In this document: positions 45,120-54,998 of the stretch, piece by piece
How the letters are laid out: each line of letters begins with the position of its first letter
Position numbering within the stretch: position 1 is the first letter of the stretch
Virus record (IMG/VR): IMGVR_UViG_3300046747_000409
Direction: 5' to 3' (one strand)
Origin: an uncultured virus (IMG/VR IMGVR_UViG_3300046747_000409)
Taxonomy: Duplodnaviria > Heunggongvirae > Uroviricota > Caudoviricetes
Length of the DNA: 55,691 nt
Position numbers and translations under genes: made by a program
Notes under the pieces: model-generated
Database searches by the model: none
Seen by the model: the letters and a program-made list of their open reading frames with translations, nothing else
Told to the model about the DNA's origin: nothing

Positions 45120-47132
45120 ATGCGCCCATCCTGCCTTTTCTGCGCCACCAAACATCTGTCGCAGGCCCTCATCCTGCTGAGCGAATCGCTGCAGGGGTAT
45201 CCGACGCACCGCTGGTTGGCGTACGGACATATGGCCGAGGCGAGCGACGAGTTGATCCAGGATCTTCCGGAGCTCGCCGAGAAGATCCGCACGGAGCGAA
45301 AGCGCCTGGAGCAGTCGTCGATCGAGAAGGGACGTACGTCGCTCTTGATGGATCTGGTCGAGGAGCTCGGCAAGCTGCTCGATGATCCTGTTGGTCAGGT
45401 GCTTGGTGCAGATACACAAAGCGAGGATCGGACACAGCGCGTACAGCGCGACATGCAGCACGTGCAGCACATCTCGCTCGACATGCAACCGGGAGAAGCA
45501 CTGGTCCGGCGCGGTGATGGTACGTGGGCTCCCTTGACCCCTTCCGCCGTACCTCCCATCGACCCACGCCACACCCCCGAGGTGAAGAACATCATCAGGG
45601 ACTTCTTCATGATCGAGGACGGGAAAGGGCGGCGCATGATCCCGGTGAACCCGACCGGATCTACCGACGCGAAGGCAGGCTGTACCAGCTGCGCCGAGAA
45701 GGCCCGCCAGATTCGGGAAGCCCAGGAAGCTGTCCGTGCTGCCCAGGTCGCCGGCGAGAACCTGCATGCGGTGCTGAGCGAGGAGGACGCGAAGACGGCG
45801 ATTCAGTTGCTCGATCAAGCGCCACCGCCACCGATGCAGGTCGGCGCCCCTGAGCACCTCGGGCGTCCAATCGAGCGCGGCCCCGTCATCATCTTGACCA
45901 CCCTCGCCGACTTCAGCCCCAGCTACTCGCTCAGCACGTGCATCAAGGACCAAGCCCTGGCGCTCGCCAACCGTGGCTATGCCGTGACCCTCTACATGCA
46001 GGAGGGCGCTCGCGTTAATGCCGACGATCTCCCCGGCGTGACGGTCATGACGTCCTTCCCTTCGATCAGCTGGAAGGAGGACACAATCGAGGATTCGGCC
46101 GTGCAGCGAGTCGTCACGTTCCTCAGCGCACTGAGCCTGCCCGTCAACGCCACGATCATCACCCACGACCTCATGTTCCAGTCCTGGTTCGTGTCGGCCG
46201 CCAAGGCCATCCATGCGTTCATTGATCGGTACAATCAACCTCATGGCGCGCGATGGTACCACGTCGCCCACAGCTCCGTCGGCGTTCGACCTCAGGCGGC
46301 CAACGATCGCGCCTCCGCCATCTACTGGCGCACCAATCTCCCCGCCGGGCACACGCCGGTGTGCTTGAGCGAGTTCGACCTCGATTGGTTCGATCGTTGG
46401 TACAACCTCCCGGCTGGCACCTCGCAGCTGATCAAGAACGTCCGCGACCCGCGCACCGCGTGGGGCTGCCGCCCGGCCATGGTGACGTTCATCTCCAAGC
46501 ACGAGCTCGCTACGGCAGACGTCGTCTGCTTGTTCCCCCTCAGCCTCCCTCGTTGGCGAGATAAGGGTTTGACCAAGGCCCTTGATTGCTTCGCGAAGGT
46601 GTCCAAGGCGTGCCGGGCTTTACAGGGGCTGGACACCGAGCGGTCTATCCATCGCTTCATCATCGCTGCAGCGCATGCCAATGACCCTGATCAACGCGCC
46701 GAGATGGATCTGGAGATCGACAGGGTGATCGCCGAGGCTGGCCTACTCCCTCATCAGGTGGTTCGCACCTACAACGATTTCCCTGAGTTGAGGGGCCCAG
46801 GTCTCGGGCAGGCCGACATGGACGTTTTGTGGCGCCTCAGCAACTTGTTCATCTTCCCGACCATCTCCGAGGCGGGCTCCCTGGTGCTGCTGGAAGCCAT
46901 CGCTGCCAACTGCGTGCTCATCCTGAACGAATCAGTACCGGCCCTCAAGAGCTACGCACCTCGGTCTGCCTTCTGGCTGTCGTGGGGCTCGCAGAAGATC
47001 CCGGCGGTCCCTCCTGGCCTCGCGGGCTATCGAGTGATTGAGGCGGCGTCCGAAGAACTCCTTAATCGGCCACGCCCTGTCTGGACCTGGGAGACGCTAG
47101 CCGATGACTGGGACGCCCTGCTTAGTAGATAA
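45120..47132 (+). CDS. GT-B (GT4-like) glycosyltransferase with N-terminal CxxC/His domain
   Basis: ALANRGYAVTLY, IITHD, SNLFIFPTISEAGSLVLLEA (Ex7E); N-terminal CLFCATKH...GHMAEA and CTSC. Confidence 0.82.
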   Translation: MRPSCLFCATKHLSQALILLSESLQGYPTHRWLAYGHMAEASDELIQDLPELAEKIRTERKRLEQSSIEKGRTSLLMDLVEELGKLLDDPVGQVLGADTQSEDRTQRVQRDMQHVQHISLDMQPGEALVRRGDGTWAPLTPSAVPPIDPRHTPEVKNIIRDFFMIEDGKGRRMIPVNPTGSTDAKAGCTSCAEKARQIREAQEAVRAAQVAGENLHAVLSEEDAKTAIQLLDQAPPPPMQVGAPEHLGRPIERGPVIILTTLADFSPSYSLSTCIKDQALALANRGYAVTLYMQEGARVNADDLPGVTVMTSFPSISWKEDTIEDSAVQRVVTFLSALSLPVNATIITHDLMFQSWFVSAAKAIHAFIDRYNQPHGARWYHVAHSSVGVRPQAANDRASAIYWRTNLPAGHTPVCLSEFDLDWFDRWYNLPAGTSQLIKNVRDPRTAWGCRPAMVTFISKHELATADVVCLFPLSLPRWRDKGLTKALDCFAKVSKACRALQGLDTERSIHRFIIAAAHANDPDQRAEMDLEIDRVIAEAGLLPHQVVRTYNDFPELRGPGLGQADMDVLWRLSNLFIFPTISEAGSLVLLEAIAANCVLILNESVPALKSYAPRSAFWLSWGSQKIPAVPPGLAGYRVIEAASEELLNRPRPVWTWETLADDWDALLSR

Positions 47133-47165
47133 GGCAAGACCCTACTGGCGGGCGTGCATGGGGAC

Positions 47166-47181
47166 TCGGACAGGGTACCAT
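47166..47181 (+). promoter_or_regulatory. late promoter-like motif (copy 4)
   Basis: TCGGACAGGGTACCAT, 7 nt before ATG 47189. Confidence 0.65.
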
Positions 47182-47188
47182 GGGCGGC

Positions 47189-50100
47189 ATGGCCCGTTAC
47201 TTGCTCCCCGTTGTTGCCCCTGCTGCCTCCACCCCGGCGCAATTCGAGGCGCTGGTAAACGCTGCCCTCGCCACGTTGTTGGCCTCGCGCATCATCGCCT
47301 TCGATCTGGTCGTTACCGACAAGCTGCCGGCCTACGAGCGGACGTTCCAGGTGATGATCGATTACGAGGACGGCGGCGCGACCATGAACGCCCCATTCAC
47401 GTTGCGGGTGTTGGAGGCCCCTGACCAGGATGCTGCTGCGGCGATGACGACCGCGTTCATAGCGGCAAACGGCTCGTCCTACATCGCCCCGGCGCAGTAC
47501 GAGTACACGGATCAGCTGCCGAACATCCAGAACCGCTGCCTCGTGTTCATCGTCAGCGGCACCGACGCTGCGAACGCTCAGCTGAACTACCTCGCCTCGG
47601 CGACCGGTGGTGGCTCGGGCGGTGGTGCGGTGTCCTCGGTCGGCTTGAGCGCCCCCGCCTCGATCTTCTCCGTCACTGGTTCCCCGGTCACGACCGCCGG
47701 CGTCCTTGGGCTGGCCCTGGTCGTCCAGGCCGCGGCGACGTTCTTCGCTGGTCCGATCCTCGGTGCCCCCGCTGCGCCTGCGTTCCGCACGATCCGCCTC
47801 ACCGATCTCCCTGCCATCACGTTTGGGTACCTGTCAGCCACCCCAACGACCTTGGCAGGGTACGGGATCACTGACGCCGCACCGATCACGCACGTCGGCT
47901 CGAACGGCTCGGTGCAGCACGCGGTTGCGACCATCAGTGATGCAGGCTTCGCTCCCGTGTTGTCGGGGTCAGCTTCCCAGTTCCTGGACGGCACCGGTGC
48001 ATGGTCCACGCCAGCAGGCGGCGGCTCCGTCTCCAGCGTCGCTCTGAGCGCCCCGTCGCAATTCAACGTGACGGGCTCTCCGATCACCGGCGCGGGCACC
48101 TTGACGTTCGCCTGGAACAATCAGGCCGTGAACACGGTGCTTGCCGGTCCGGGCTCAGGCGGCTCGGCCGCACCGACGTTCCGCTCCTTGGTGATCGCTG
48201 ACCTCCCTGCCATCACGTTTGGCTACCTCACGTCGACACCGACCACGCTTGCTGGCTACGGCATCACCGATGCAGCACCGATCAGTCACGTCGGAGCTGG
48301 TGGCGTCTCGCAACACGCGCTGGCAACGACCGGGGCGGCTGGCTTCCTGCCAGTACTCAGCGGCAACCCGCTCCAGTTCCTGAACGGCAACGGCGCGTGG
48401 ACCGTCCCTGCAGGCTCGGGCTCAGGCTCGGTCACGTCGGTCGCCCTGTCGCTCCCTGCCGGGGTCTTCTCGATCACGGGCTCACCGGTCACCGTCTCCG
48501 GCACCCTCACCGGAGCGTTCGTCAACCAATCCGCGAACGTCATCTTCGCTGGCCCTGCATCTGGCAGTGCGGCTCCTCCGACGTTCCGCACGCTCGTCAC
48601 GACGGATCTCCCTGCCATCACCTTCGGCTACCTCACGTCGACGCCTACCACCCTTGCTGGGTACGGCATCACGGACGCTGCACCGATCAGTCACGTGGGC
48701 GCTGGCGGCGTCTCGCAGCACGCGATCGTCACCACCTCGGCCGCCGGTTTCGCCCCGGTGCTGAGCAACGTGGTCACCGAGTTCCTGAACGGTCAGGGCG
48801 GTTGGACGGCCCCTGCGGGCGGCGCTGGCACGGTCACCAGTGTAGGCCTCAACATGCCTGCCGAGCTGTCGGTAGCAGGCTCGCCCATCACGGGCTCCGG
48901 AGCCTTCACCGTCACCTGGGCGAGCGAGGCACAGAATACGGTACTGGCGGCGCCTGCTGTTGGCTCTGCGGCCCCTTCGTTCCGCTTGCTGGTGGCCAGT
49001 GATATTCCGACGATCTCATCCTCGGGCGTGTCGGGCTTGGCGGCCATCGCCACCTCGGGATCTGCCACGGACCTCTCGGCCGGCTCGATCCCCGCGGCGC
49101 GCTATGCGGCGACCACGGTCCCTATCTCGGCGATCAATGCCTCGGGCACAGCGAACTCGTCGACCTTCCTCCGGGGCGATGGCACGTGGAACGCCCCAGC
49201 CGGCGGTGGCACCATCGGCGGCTCGATCGCTTCCACCCAGATCGCCATCGGCTCGGGAACGAACACGGTGGCGGGATCGTCAGCGTTCACGTACAGCGCC
49301 AACCAACTCATCTTGACGCCTGCCGCAACGGTCAGCGGGGCTCCTACCGCCTTCACCATCAACGGCGCTACCAACAGCACGAACTCTTCCGGTATAGAGG
49401 TCGTCGACGTCCTCTTCCAACTGGGCCGCATATCGAGCTGGAACGCCGGTGCCATTCTCGCGCAGCGTGCATTCGTGGTGAATGCACCGACGTACTCGTT
49501 CTCCAGCGCGTCGATCATCACCAACGCCGCCACCGTTGCTATATCGGGGGCACCTTCCGCCGGAGGTAACGCAACTCTCACCAACAGTTACGCGCTCTGG
49601 GTTCAGGGTGGGGCTTCTCGCTTCGACGATCGTGTGTCGATCGCCGGTACGCAGGTGAATGGCACAGTCGCTCAGTTTGACGTAACACCCGTCAACGCCG
49701 CTACCTCAGGGACTCCCCTGCTGATGAGGGTGACCGGCGTCGCCAACACCAACATGACGGTCAGCACGGAAGTCATCGACGTCAAATTCAACCTCGCACG
49801 TCCCGTGCAGTGGGCTGCGGGTGGCTCGTTCGCGACTCAACGAGCGTTCCTCATTCAGGCGCCGACCTACACGGCTATCACCAGCGGCAATATCACCAAC
49901 TCAGCGACGTTTGCGATCACGGGAGCACCCGTCGCCGGCTCGAACATGACGCTCGTCAACACGTACGCCGTGTGGGTACAGGGGGGCGCATCCCGCTTCG
50001 ATGATCGCGTTTCTATCGCCGGTAATCAGACCACGGGAACCGCGGCACACTTCGATGTTGCTCCGATCGCAAATGGTAACGGCACACCCCAGCTGATGGC

Positions 50101-52519
50101 CGTCACGGCCGCCGCCAATACCAGCATCGTCGCCGCTACGGAAGTGATCGCCGTAAATTTCAATCTGGCGGCTACGCAGCAGTGGCTCACCACCTCGTTC
50201 GCGACGCAGCGCGCGTTCGTCGTCCAAGCCCCCACGTACGCGTTCTCCGGCACTTCGACGATCACTACCGCCGCTACGTTTGCTATCACCGGAGCACCCA
50301 TCGCGGGTGCGAATGCGACCTTGACGAACGCGTATGCCTTGTGGGTGCAGGGGGGTACCTCTGCGTTCGGCGGTCCTGTGGTGGCGGGCTCTGACCTCAC
50401 CGTTGGTGGTGTCTTTACTGCACAAGGGACAGCGGTTTTCACCCAGACAGTGACGTTCCCCTCCATCCAGGTGACCGGAACTCAATTGTTGTCGACCGTC
50501 GCGCAGGTGAACATCGCACCGACGAGCCCTGGGGCCAGTGGTACCCCCAAGCTGTTGACCGTCACCGGCCTCGCCAACACCGGCATGACGACCGCGACCG
50601 AAATCAGCGACGTCAACTTCAATCTCGCCCGCACCGTGCAGTGGGTCTCCGGTAGCTTCGGCGTCCAACGTGCCTTCCTCATCCAAGCCCCAACGTACGC
50701 GTTCACCGGTGCTTCGGCCATCTCCAACTCGGCAACGCTTGCGGTCACAGGTGCTCCGATCGCCGGTACCAACGCAACGCTTAACAACGCATACGCGATC
50801 TGGGTACAAGGAGGGGCCACCCGCCTGGACGGCCGTCTGTCGATCGCCGGCGCGCAATTCAACAGCACGCTAGCCCAGTTCGACTTGGCTCCCGCCACCA
50901 TCGCCACGACGGGCACGCCGCTACTGATGCGCGTCAACGCTGCACCGAACACAGGCATGACGTCCGGTGAGCTCCTCACCGTCGACTTCAACCTGTCAGC
51001 CACACAGCAGTTCGCGACGGGCTCCATCGCGACGCAGCGAGCATTCCTCATCCGGGCTCCCACCTACTCCTTCGTCGGCGCTTCGTTGATGACCACGGGT
51101 GCGACGTTCGTCGTCTCTGGCCCCCCAATAGCAGGCACCAACGCGACGATCTCCAACGCGTACGCCTTGTGGGTGCAGTCGGGCATCGCGTTTTTCTCAG
51201 GGACCATTACCTCGAACGGCTTGGTCACGGCCAACGCTGGCGTCGCCGTAGTGGGTACGCAGCTCAATGGCGCTACCGCCCTCCTGCACGTCGTTCCTGC
51301 TTCCGGGATCTCCACCGGGACACCAAAACTGGCCTTGTTCACCAGTGCCGGCAACTCCGCCATAACGTTGAATACTGAGGTTGTCGATTTCGACATCAAT
51401 CTCAGCACGACCAAGCAATGGGCCACAAGCTCGTCCTTCCCCACGCAACGAGCCGTGGTCATTCGAGCTCCTTCCTATTCTGCTGCCGGCACTTCGACGA
51501 TCACCACCGCCGCGACGTTTGCGATCACCGGGGCGCCTGCCGCGGCCACGAACATGACGATCACCAACGCGTACGCGTTGTGGGTGCAAGCAGGTCTTTC
51601 ACGCTTCGATAGTAACGTCTTGGTAAGCGGGACGCAGGTAGCGAGTGGGGCTCAACTCACGGTATCACCATCGGCCGCAGCTACCTCCGGAACACCCTCG
51701 CTGCTGAGCGTCTCAGGTGTGAGCAATACCGGCATGACGTTGAGTACGGAAGTCATCGACGTCAATTTCAACCTCGCCCGTACGGTGCAGTGGGCAACCG
51801 GCGCCCTCACCACACAACGAGCGTTCGTCGTTCAGGCACCGACCTACGCGTTCGTTGGTGCTTCGGGGCTCACCAACGCAGCAACGTTTGCAATCACGGG
51901 AGCGCCAGTCGCCGGCACGAACGCCGTGATCACCAACCGTTACGCACTGTGGGTGCAGTCAGGTGCTTCGCAGCTCGATGGTAACGTTTGGATAGGTGGT
52001 CAACAGAACGCGTTGTACCACCTCTTCGTTTCCCCCTCCGCTGTCGCTACGTCGGGTTCCCCTACGCTTGCTGGCTTCTTTGCGGTAGCCAACACGAACA
52101 TGACTGCCAGCGCGGAAGCCTCCGACATCATCTTCTCGTTGAATCGCACGAAGCAGTGGGCACAGGGGAACAACGGCGCTCAGCAACGAGACATCCGCAT
52201 CAGCGCGGCTACGTACGCCTTCACGGGTGCGAGTGTGTTCGCCATCTCTGCCACTTTCGCGATCAGCGGAGCACCGATCGCAGGCGCCAACGCGACACTC
52301 ACCAAGACGTATGCACTATGGGTGGAATCGGGCGTTGCTCAGTTCGACGGCGGTGTCACCGTCGGTACCACCACACTCATCTCGTCATCGGTGACGCTTA
52401 CCGACGGTGCGGGCGCGGGGGCTGGCACCATCACCAACGCCCCTACGGCCGGTAACCCAACCAAGTGGATCCTCATCAACGATAACGGGACCACACGTAA
52501 GATCCCTTCGTGGACCTAA
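47189..52519 (+). CDS. long fibre/spike protein with two internal repeat families
   Basis: N-domain shared with the spikes (AFIAAN); three full ~135-aa repeats with PTTLAGYGITDA plus a partial fourth; eight ~120-aa repeats QRAF..QAPTY...GAP.AG.N...YALWVQ.G. Confidence 0.8.
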   Translation: MARYLLPVVAPAASTPAQFEALVNAALATLLASRIIAFDLVVTDKLPAYERTFQVMIDYEDGGATMNAPFTLRVLEAPDQDAAAAMTTAFIAANGSSYIAPAQYEYTDQLPNIQNRCLVFIVSGTDAANAQLNYLASATGGGSGGGAVSSVGLSAPASIFSVTGSPVTTAGVLGLALVVQAAATFFAGPILGAPAAPAFRTIRLTDLPAITFGYLSATPTTLAGYGITDAAPITHVGSNGSVQHAVATISDAGFAPVLSGSASQFLDGTGAWSTPAGGGSVSSVALSAPSQFNVTGSPITGAGTLTFAWNNQAVNTVLAGPGSGGSAAPTFRSLVIADLPAITFGYLTSTPTTLAGYGITDAAPISHVGAGGVSQHALATTGAAGFLPVLSGNPLQFLNGNGAWTVPAGSGSGSVTSVALSLPAGVFSITGSPVTVSGTLTGAFVNQSANVIFAGPASGSAAPPTFRTLVTTDLPAITFGYLTSTPTTLAGYGITDAAPISHVGAGGVSQHAIVTTSAAGFAPVLSNVVTEFLNGQGGWTAPAGGAGTVTSVGLNMPAELSVAGSPITGSGAFTVTWASEAQNTVLAAPAVGSAAPSFRLLVASDIPTISSSGVSGLAAIATSGSATDLSAGSIPAARYAATTVPISAINASGTANSSTFLRGDGTWNAPAGGGTIGGSIASTQIAIGSGTNTVAGSSAFTYSANQLILTPAATVSGAPTAFTINGATNSTNSSGIEVVDVLFQLGRISSWNAGAILAQRAFVVNAPTYSFSSASIITNAATVAISGAPSAGGNATLTNSYALWVQGGASRFDDRVSIAGTQVNGTVAQFDVTPVNAATSGTPLLMRVTGVANTNMTVSTEVIDVKFNLARPVQWAAGGSFATQRAFLIQAPTYTAITSGNITNSATFAITGAPVAGSNMTLVNTYAVWVQGGASRFDDRVSIAGNQTTGTAAHFDVAPIANGNGTPQLMAVTAAANTSIVAATEVIAVNFNLAATQQWLTTSFATQRAFVVQAPTYAFSGTSTITTAATFAITGAPIAGANATLTNAYALWVQGGTSAFGGPVVAGSDLTVGGVFTAQGTAVFTQTVTFPSIQVTGTQLLSTVAQVNIAPTSPGASGTPKLLTVTGLANTGMTTATEISDVNFNLARTVQWVSGSFGVQRAFLIQAPTYAFTGASAISNSATLAVTGAPIAGTNATLNNAYAIWVQGGATRLDGRLSIAGAQFNSTLAQFDLAPATIATTGTPLLMRVNAAPNTGMTSGELLTVDFNLSATQQFATGSIATQRAFLIRAPTYSFVGASLMTTGATFVVSGPPIAGTNATISNAYALWVQSGIAFFSGTITSNGLVTANAGVAVVGTQLNGATALLHVVPASGISTGTPKLALFTSAGNSAITLNTEVVDFDINLSTTKQWATSSSFPTQRAVVIRAPSYSAAGTSTITTAATFAITGAPAAATNMTITNAYALWVQAGLSRFDSNVLVSGTQVASGAQLTVSPSAAATSGTPSLLSVSGVSNTGMTLSTEVIDVNFNLARTVQWATGALTTQRAFVVQAPTYAFVGASGLTNAATFAITGAPVAGTNAVITNRYALWVQSGASQLDGNVWIGGQQNALYHLFVSPSAVATSGSPTLAGFFAVANTNMTASAEASDIIFSLNRTKQWAQGNNGAQQRDIRISAATYAFTGASVFAISATFAISGAPIAGANATLTKTYALWVESGVAQFDGGVTVGTTTLISSSVTLTDGAGAGAGTITNAPTAGNPTKWILINDNGTTRKIPSWT

Positions 52520-52533
52520 TCTAGAAAGTCGTC

Positions 52534-52914
52534 ATGGACCTCCTCACGCCAGCTGCCCCGGTCTCATTCACTCGCGGATACAAGATCCGCATGACCGACA
52601 TCACCATCCCCAATCGCGGCCCCCTGCTCTCGCGGTACGTCAGTGTCAGCGTCGAAGCGATCGAGGTCATCGACGGGGTGGTCTCCGAAGTCGCCGTCTA
52701 CAGCCTGGGTCAGTGGCTGATCCCACTGGCGGAAGTTGCCACCGTGCGCTTCCCTCGGAGTGGTCCTGGCCTGCCGGTGGCGTTCGCTGCCGACACGGTG
52801 AGCCCGCTCGAACTCGCGACGGATCTGGAGAGCATCCTGACCTCGCTCTGGCCAGCTGAGGCGGAGCGCCGCATCGCCGCTGGTTCGCTGGATCCGAAGT
52901 ACCGGGTAGTTTGA
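52534..52914 (+). CDS. hypothetical protein (possible fibre chaperone)
   Basis: 126-aa ORF directly after the fibre gene. Confidence 0.6.
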   Translation: MDLLTPAAPVSFTRGYKIRMTDITIPNRGPLLSRYVSVSVEAIEVIDGVVSEVAVYSLGQWLIPLAEVATVRFPRSGPGLPVAFAADTVSPLELATDLESILTSLWPAEAERRIAAGSLDPKYRVV

Positions 52915-52947
52915 CTAGGGGTGGTGGGTCCATAGATTCCACCCACC

Positions 52948-53589
52948 ATGAACCAACCTGCTCCTGCTCGCGCCAAGACCGACATCAAGGCGCTCAATCC
53001 CCTCACCAGCAAGCCGGGCACGCTCGCGCTCCTGCAGACCCAGGCGGAGTACCTCCTGAAGCTGCTCGTGCAGATTCCCTCGAAAGGGACGTTCGCGATC
53101 CACAAGGCCCGCGTGTTGGCAGCGACTGGCCCCCAGCTGACCGACTGGAACTCCGCCAAGGAAGCGCTGCTGATGGAGCACGCTGTGACGGTGGCGGTCA
53201 ACAGCGAAACCCCGGATGCTGGTCGCCGTCTCGTCGTCTACACCAAGGACGAGGTCGACACCCTGCGTGCCGAAGCACTCAAAGCCGCCTCCGATGCCGC
53301 GAAGCTCGACCTCCCTGCCCCTCCGGCGGTCGTGCTCCCCCTGGTCGACCAAGCCAAGTTTGTTTCGGACGAGGCTCATCGCGCGTTCAACGAAGCCTAC
53401 GTGAAGTTCAACAAGGAGCTGCTGATCACCTGGGATGTCGGCTCCGTTGCCAACCTGCACGCTGGGATCACTGCCGTGCTCAAGACCCTGAGCGGCGAGC
53501 AATGCCCCACGATCGAAGACGCGGACATCTTCATGTTCGAGCGCTTGATCGAAGAGATCGAGGTCGCCCTCGCCCCTGCTGCCAAATAA
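52948..53589 (+). CDS. hypothetical protein
   Basis: 213-aa ORF; TTGACT-N16-TAGATT upstream. Confidence 0.7.
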   Translation: MNQPAPARAKTDIKALNPLTSKPGTLALLQTQAEYLLKLLVQIPSKGTFAIHKARVLAATGPQLTDWNSAKEALLMEHAVTVAVNSETPDAGRRLVVYTKDEVDTLRAEALKAASDAAKLDLPAPPAVVLPLVDQAKFVSDEAHRAFNEAYVKFNKELLITWDVGSVANLHAGITAVLKTLSGEQCPTIEDADIFMFERLIEEIEVALAPAAK

Positions 53590-53696
53590 CCTGCCCGCTC
53601 TTCGGAGTACCAACGCGGACCACCCACACGGGTGGTCTTGCCATTTAAGGGTCAGTGCGTGGTTGGCCAGGGAGCGGAAATGGTTACGCTTGCAGC

Positions 53697-54236
53697 ATGA
53701 ATGACCATGCCCGACCAGCGAGTTCTGGACGCACCGAGGAATTTCGCCTTTCGATGCAAGAGATGATCTCGCTAGCGGTTGAAGGTGCCGTGGCGAAAGT
53801 CGTACGCGACAGCGACAGCAGCTCGCACGCCGTGCAGGTTGATTGCCGTGGTGAACTCAAGCAGATGCGAGACACCATCTCCTCCGGCTTCGCCACCGTG
53901 AATGGGCGCCTGGATGAGTTCAAGGACCAGCTCGCTGAGGGTAACACGAAATTCGCCGTGCTCGCCTTGGAACAGACGCACATAAAGGAAAAGATCGGTA
54001 CAGACCGTCGCCCCCGGCGCGCAGTCACGGAGGTTGACCCCGACTCGGCCCCCCTGATCAGCCCCAAGTTGTGGAACACGCTGATCCTGGCGGTGGTGAC
54101 TGCGGTCGGCGCCGGGATCGGTGCCCTGGCGTGGGAACGGTTGCGCCGTCCTGATCCGGTGGTTGCCCCGCAAACAACCCAGCCCACCGGCCATCAGCAG
54201 CCCCTCCCCGTCGCCGCACCCGTCCAGGCTCCCTGA
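53697..54236 (+). CDS. coiled-coil plus single-TM membrane protein (holin-like layout)
   Basis: Coiled coil, then LILAVVTAVGAGIGALAW. Confidence 0.55.
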   Translation: MNDHARPASSGRTEEFRLSMQEMISLAVEGAVAKVVRDSDSSSHAVQVDCRGELKQMRDTISSGFATVNGRLDEFKDQLAEGNTKFAVLALEQTHIKEKIGTDRRPRRAVTEVDPDSAPLISPKLWNTLILAVVTAVGAGIGALAWERLRRPDPVVAPQTTQPTGHQQPLPVAAPVQAP

Positions 54237-54254
54237 TCGCCCTTTCAGCTGAGT

Positions 54255-54270
54255 TCGGACAGGCTACCAT
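54255..54270 (+). promoter_or_regulatory. late promoter-like motif (copy 5)
   Basis: TCGGACAGGCTACCAT upstream of 54304. Confidence 0.6.
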
Positions 54271-54303
54271 ACAGCCTCCAGCACCTCGTGCCCTCCACAG
54301 GAA

Positions 54304-54987
54304 ATGATCATGGCCAAGAAGCTCACCCGCAAGCAGAAGAGCAAGCTCAACAAGGCGAAGTTCCGCGCTTCCCGCAAGAGCCGGGTCCACAAGAAGGCTC
54401 GCCGCCCTGCCAAGAGCCGCGCACGCAAGTCGACCCGCCGGACGACCCGCAAGCCGGTCCGCCGTACCGTCCGTCGTGCCCGGAAGCCATCTCGCCGCGC
54501 TATCGCGGCTCGTGGCCGGAAAGGCGCCCGGATCAAAAAGTTCCGTCATCACCTCCGTTCGCTCGATTACGGCGAATACTCTGCCGCGTCGAACCCACGG
54601 CGTGGCCGGAAGTCCCGTGGTCGTGGCCGTAGTCACCGCCGGAACCCCATGGGCAAGGAACTGCGCGATGGCACGATCATCAGCACGTCGAAAGGCCCTG
54701 GCTGCACCTACGTGTCGCTGACCTCGCCGTACGGTGAGACCCACGAGTACGAAGTGTCAGGCTCGGTCGTTCGTCTGGCCAGCGCCAAGACCTTCGCCGA
54801 AGCCAAGCGGAAGCTGGGCGGCGCGATGCTGCGCTCGATCAACCCGAAGCGCCGCTCGTCGAAGCGTCGGTCGACCAAGTCACGGGCTCGCAAGAGCACC
54901 AAGCGTCGCTCGGTCCGCGGCAAGTCACGTGCACGCAAGAGCACCCGCCGCTCCAGCCGCACCCGTCGTAGCCACGCTCGTCGGTAA
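54304..54987 (+). CDS. protamine/histone-H1-like Arg/Lys-rich protein
   Basis: Extremely basic; repeated KSRARKST; NP motifs (SNPRR, RRNPM, INPKRR). Confidence 0.75.
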   Translation: MIMAKKLTRKQKSKLNKAKFRASRKSRVHKKARRPAKSRARKSTRRTTRKPVRRTVRRARKPSRRAIAARGRKGARIKKFRHHLRSLDYGEYSAASNPRRGRKSRGRGRSHRRNPMGKELRDGTIISTSKGPGCTYVSLTSPYGETHEYEVSGSVVRLASAKTFAEAKRKLGGAMLRSINPKRRSSKRRSTKSRARKSTKRRSVRGKSRARKSTRRSSRTRRSHARR

Positions 54988-54998
54988 TTGAGGTCCAC

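Noticed and set aside
44101..45180. Arg/Pro-rich and His/Asp-rich alternative-frame ORFs over the Thr/Ser tract
   Set aside because: Automatic result of ACC/ACG/TCG codon runs lacking stops in the other frames
45108..46502. Long minus-strand ORFs (also 9448..10584, 11268..12386, 28906..29973, 49901..50857 and others)
   Set aside because: Antisense shadows of GC3-biased plus-strand genes that carry recognisable motifs
47600..52350. Fibre repeats as a diversity-generating retroelement TR/VR pair
   Set aside because: No reverse transcriptase in the window, repeats are in-frame protein modules, and differences are not adenine-specific
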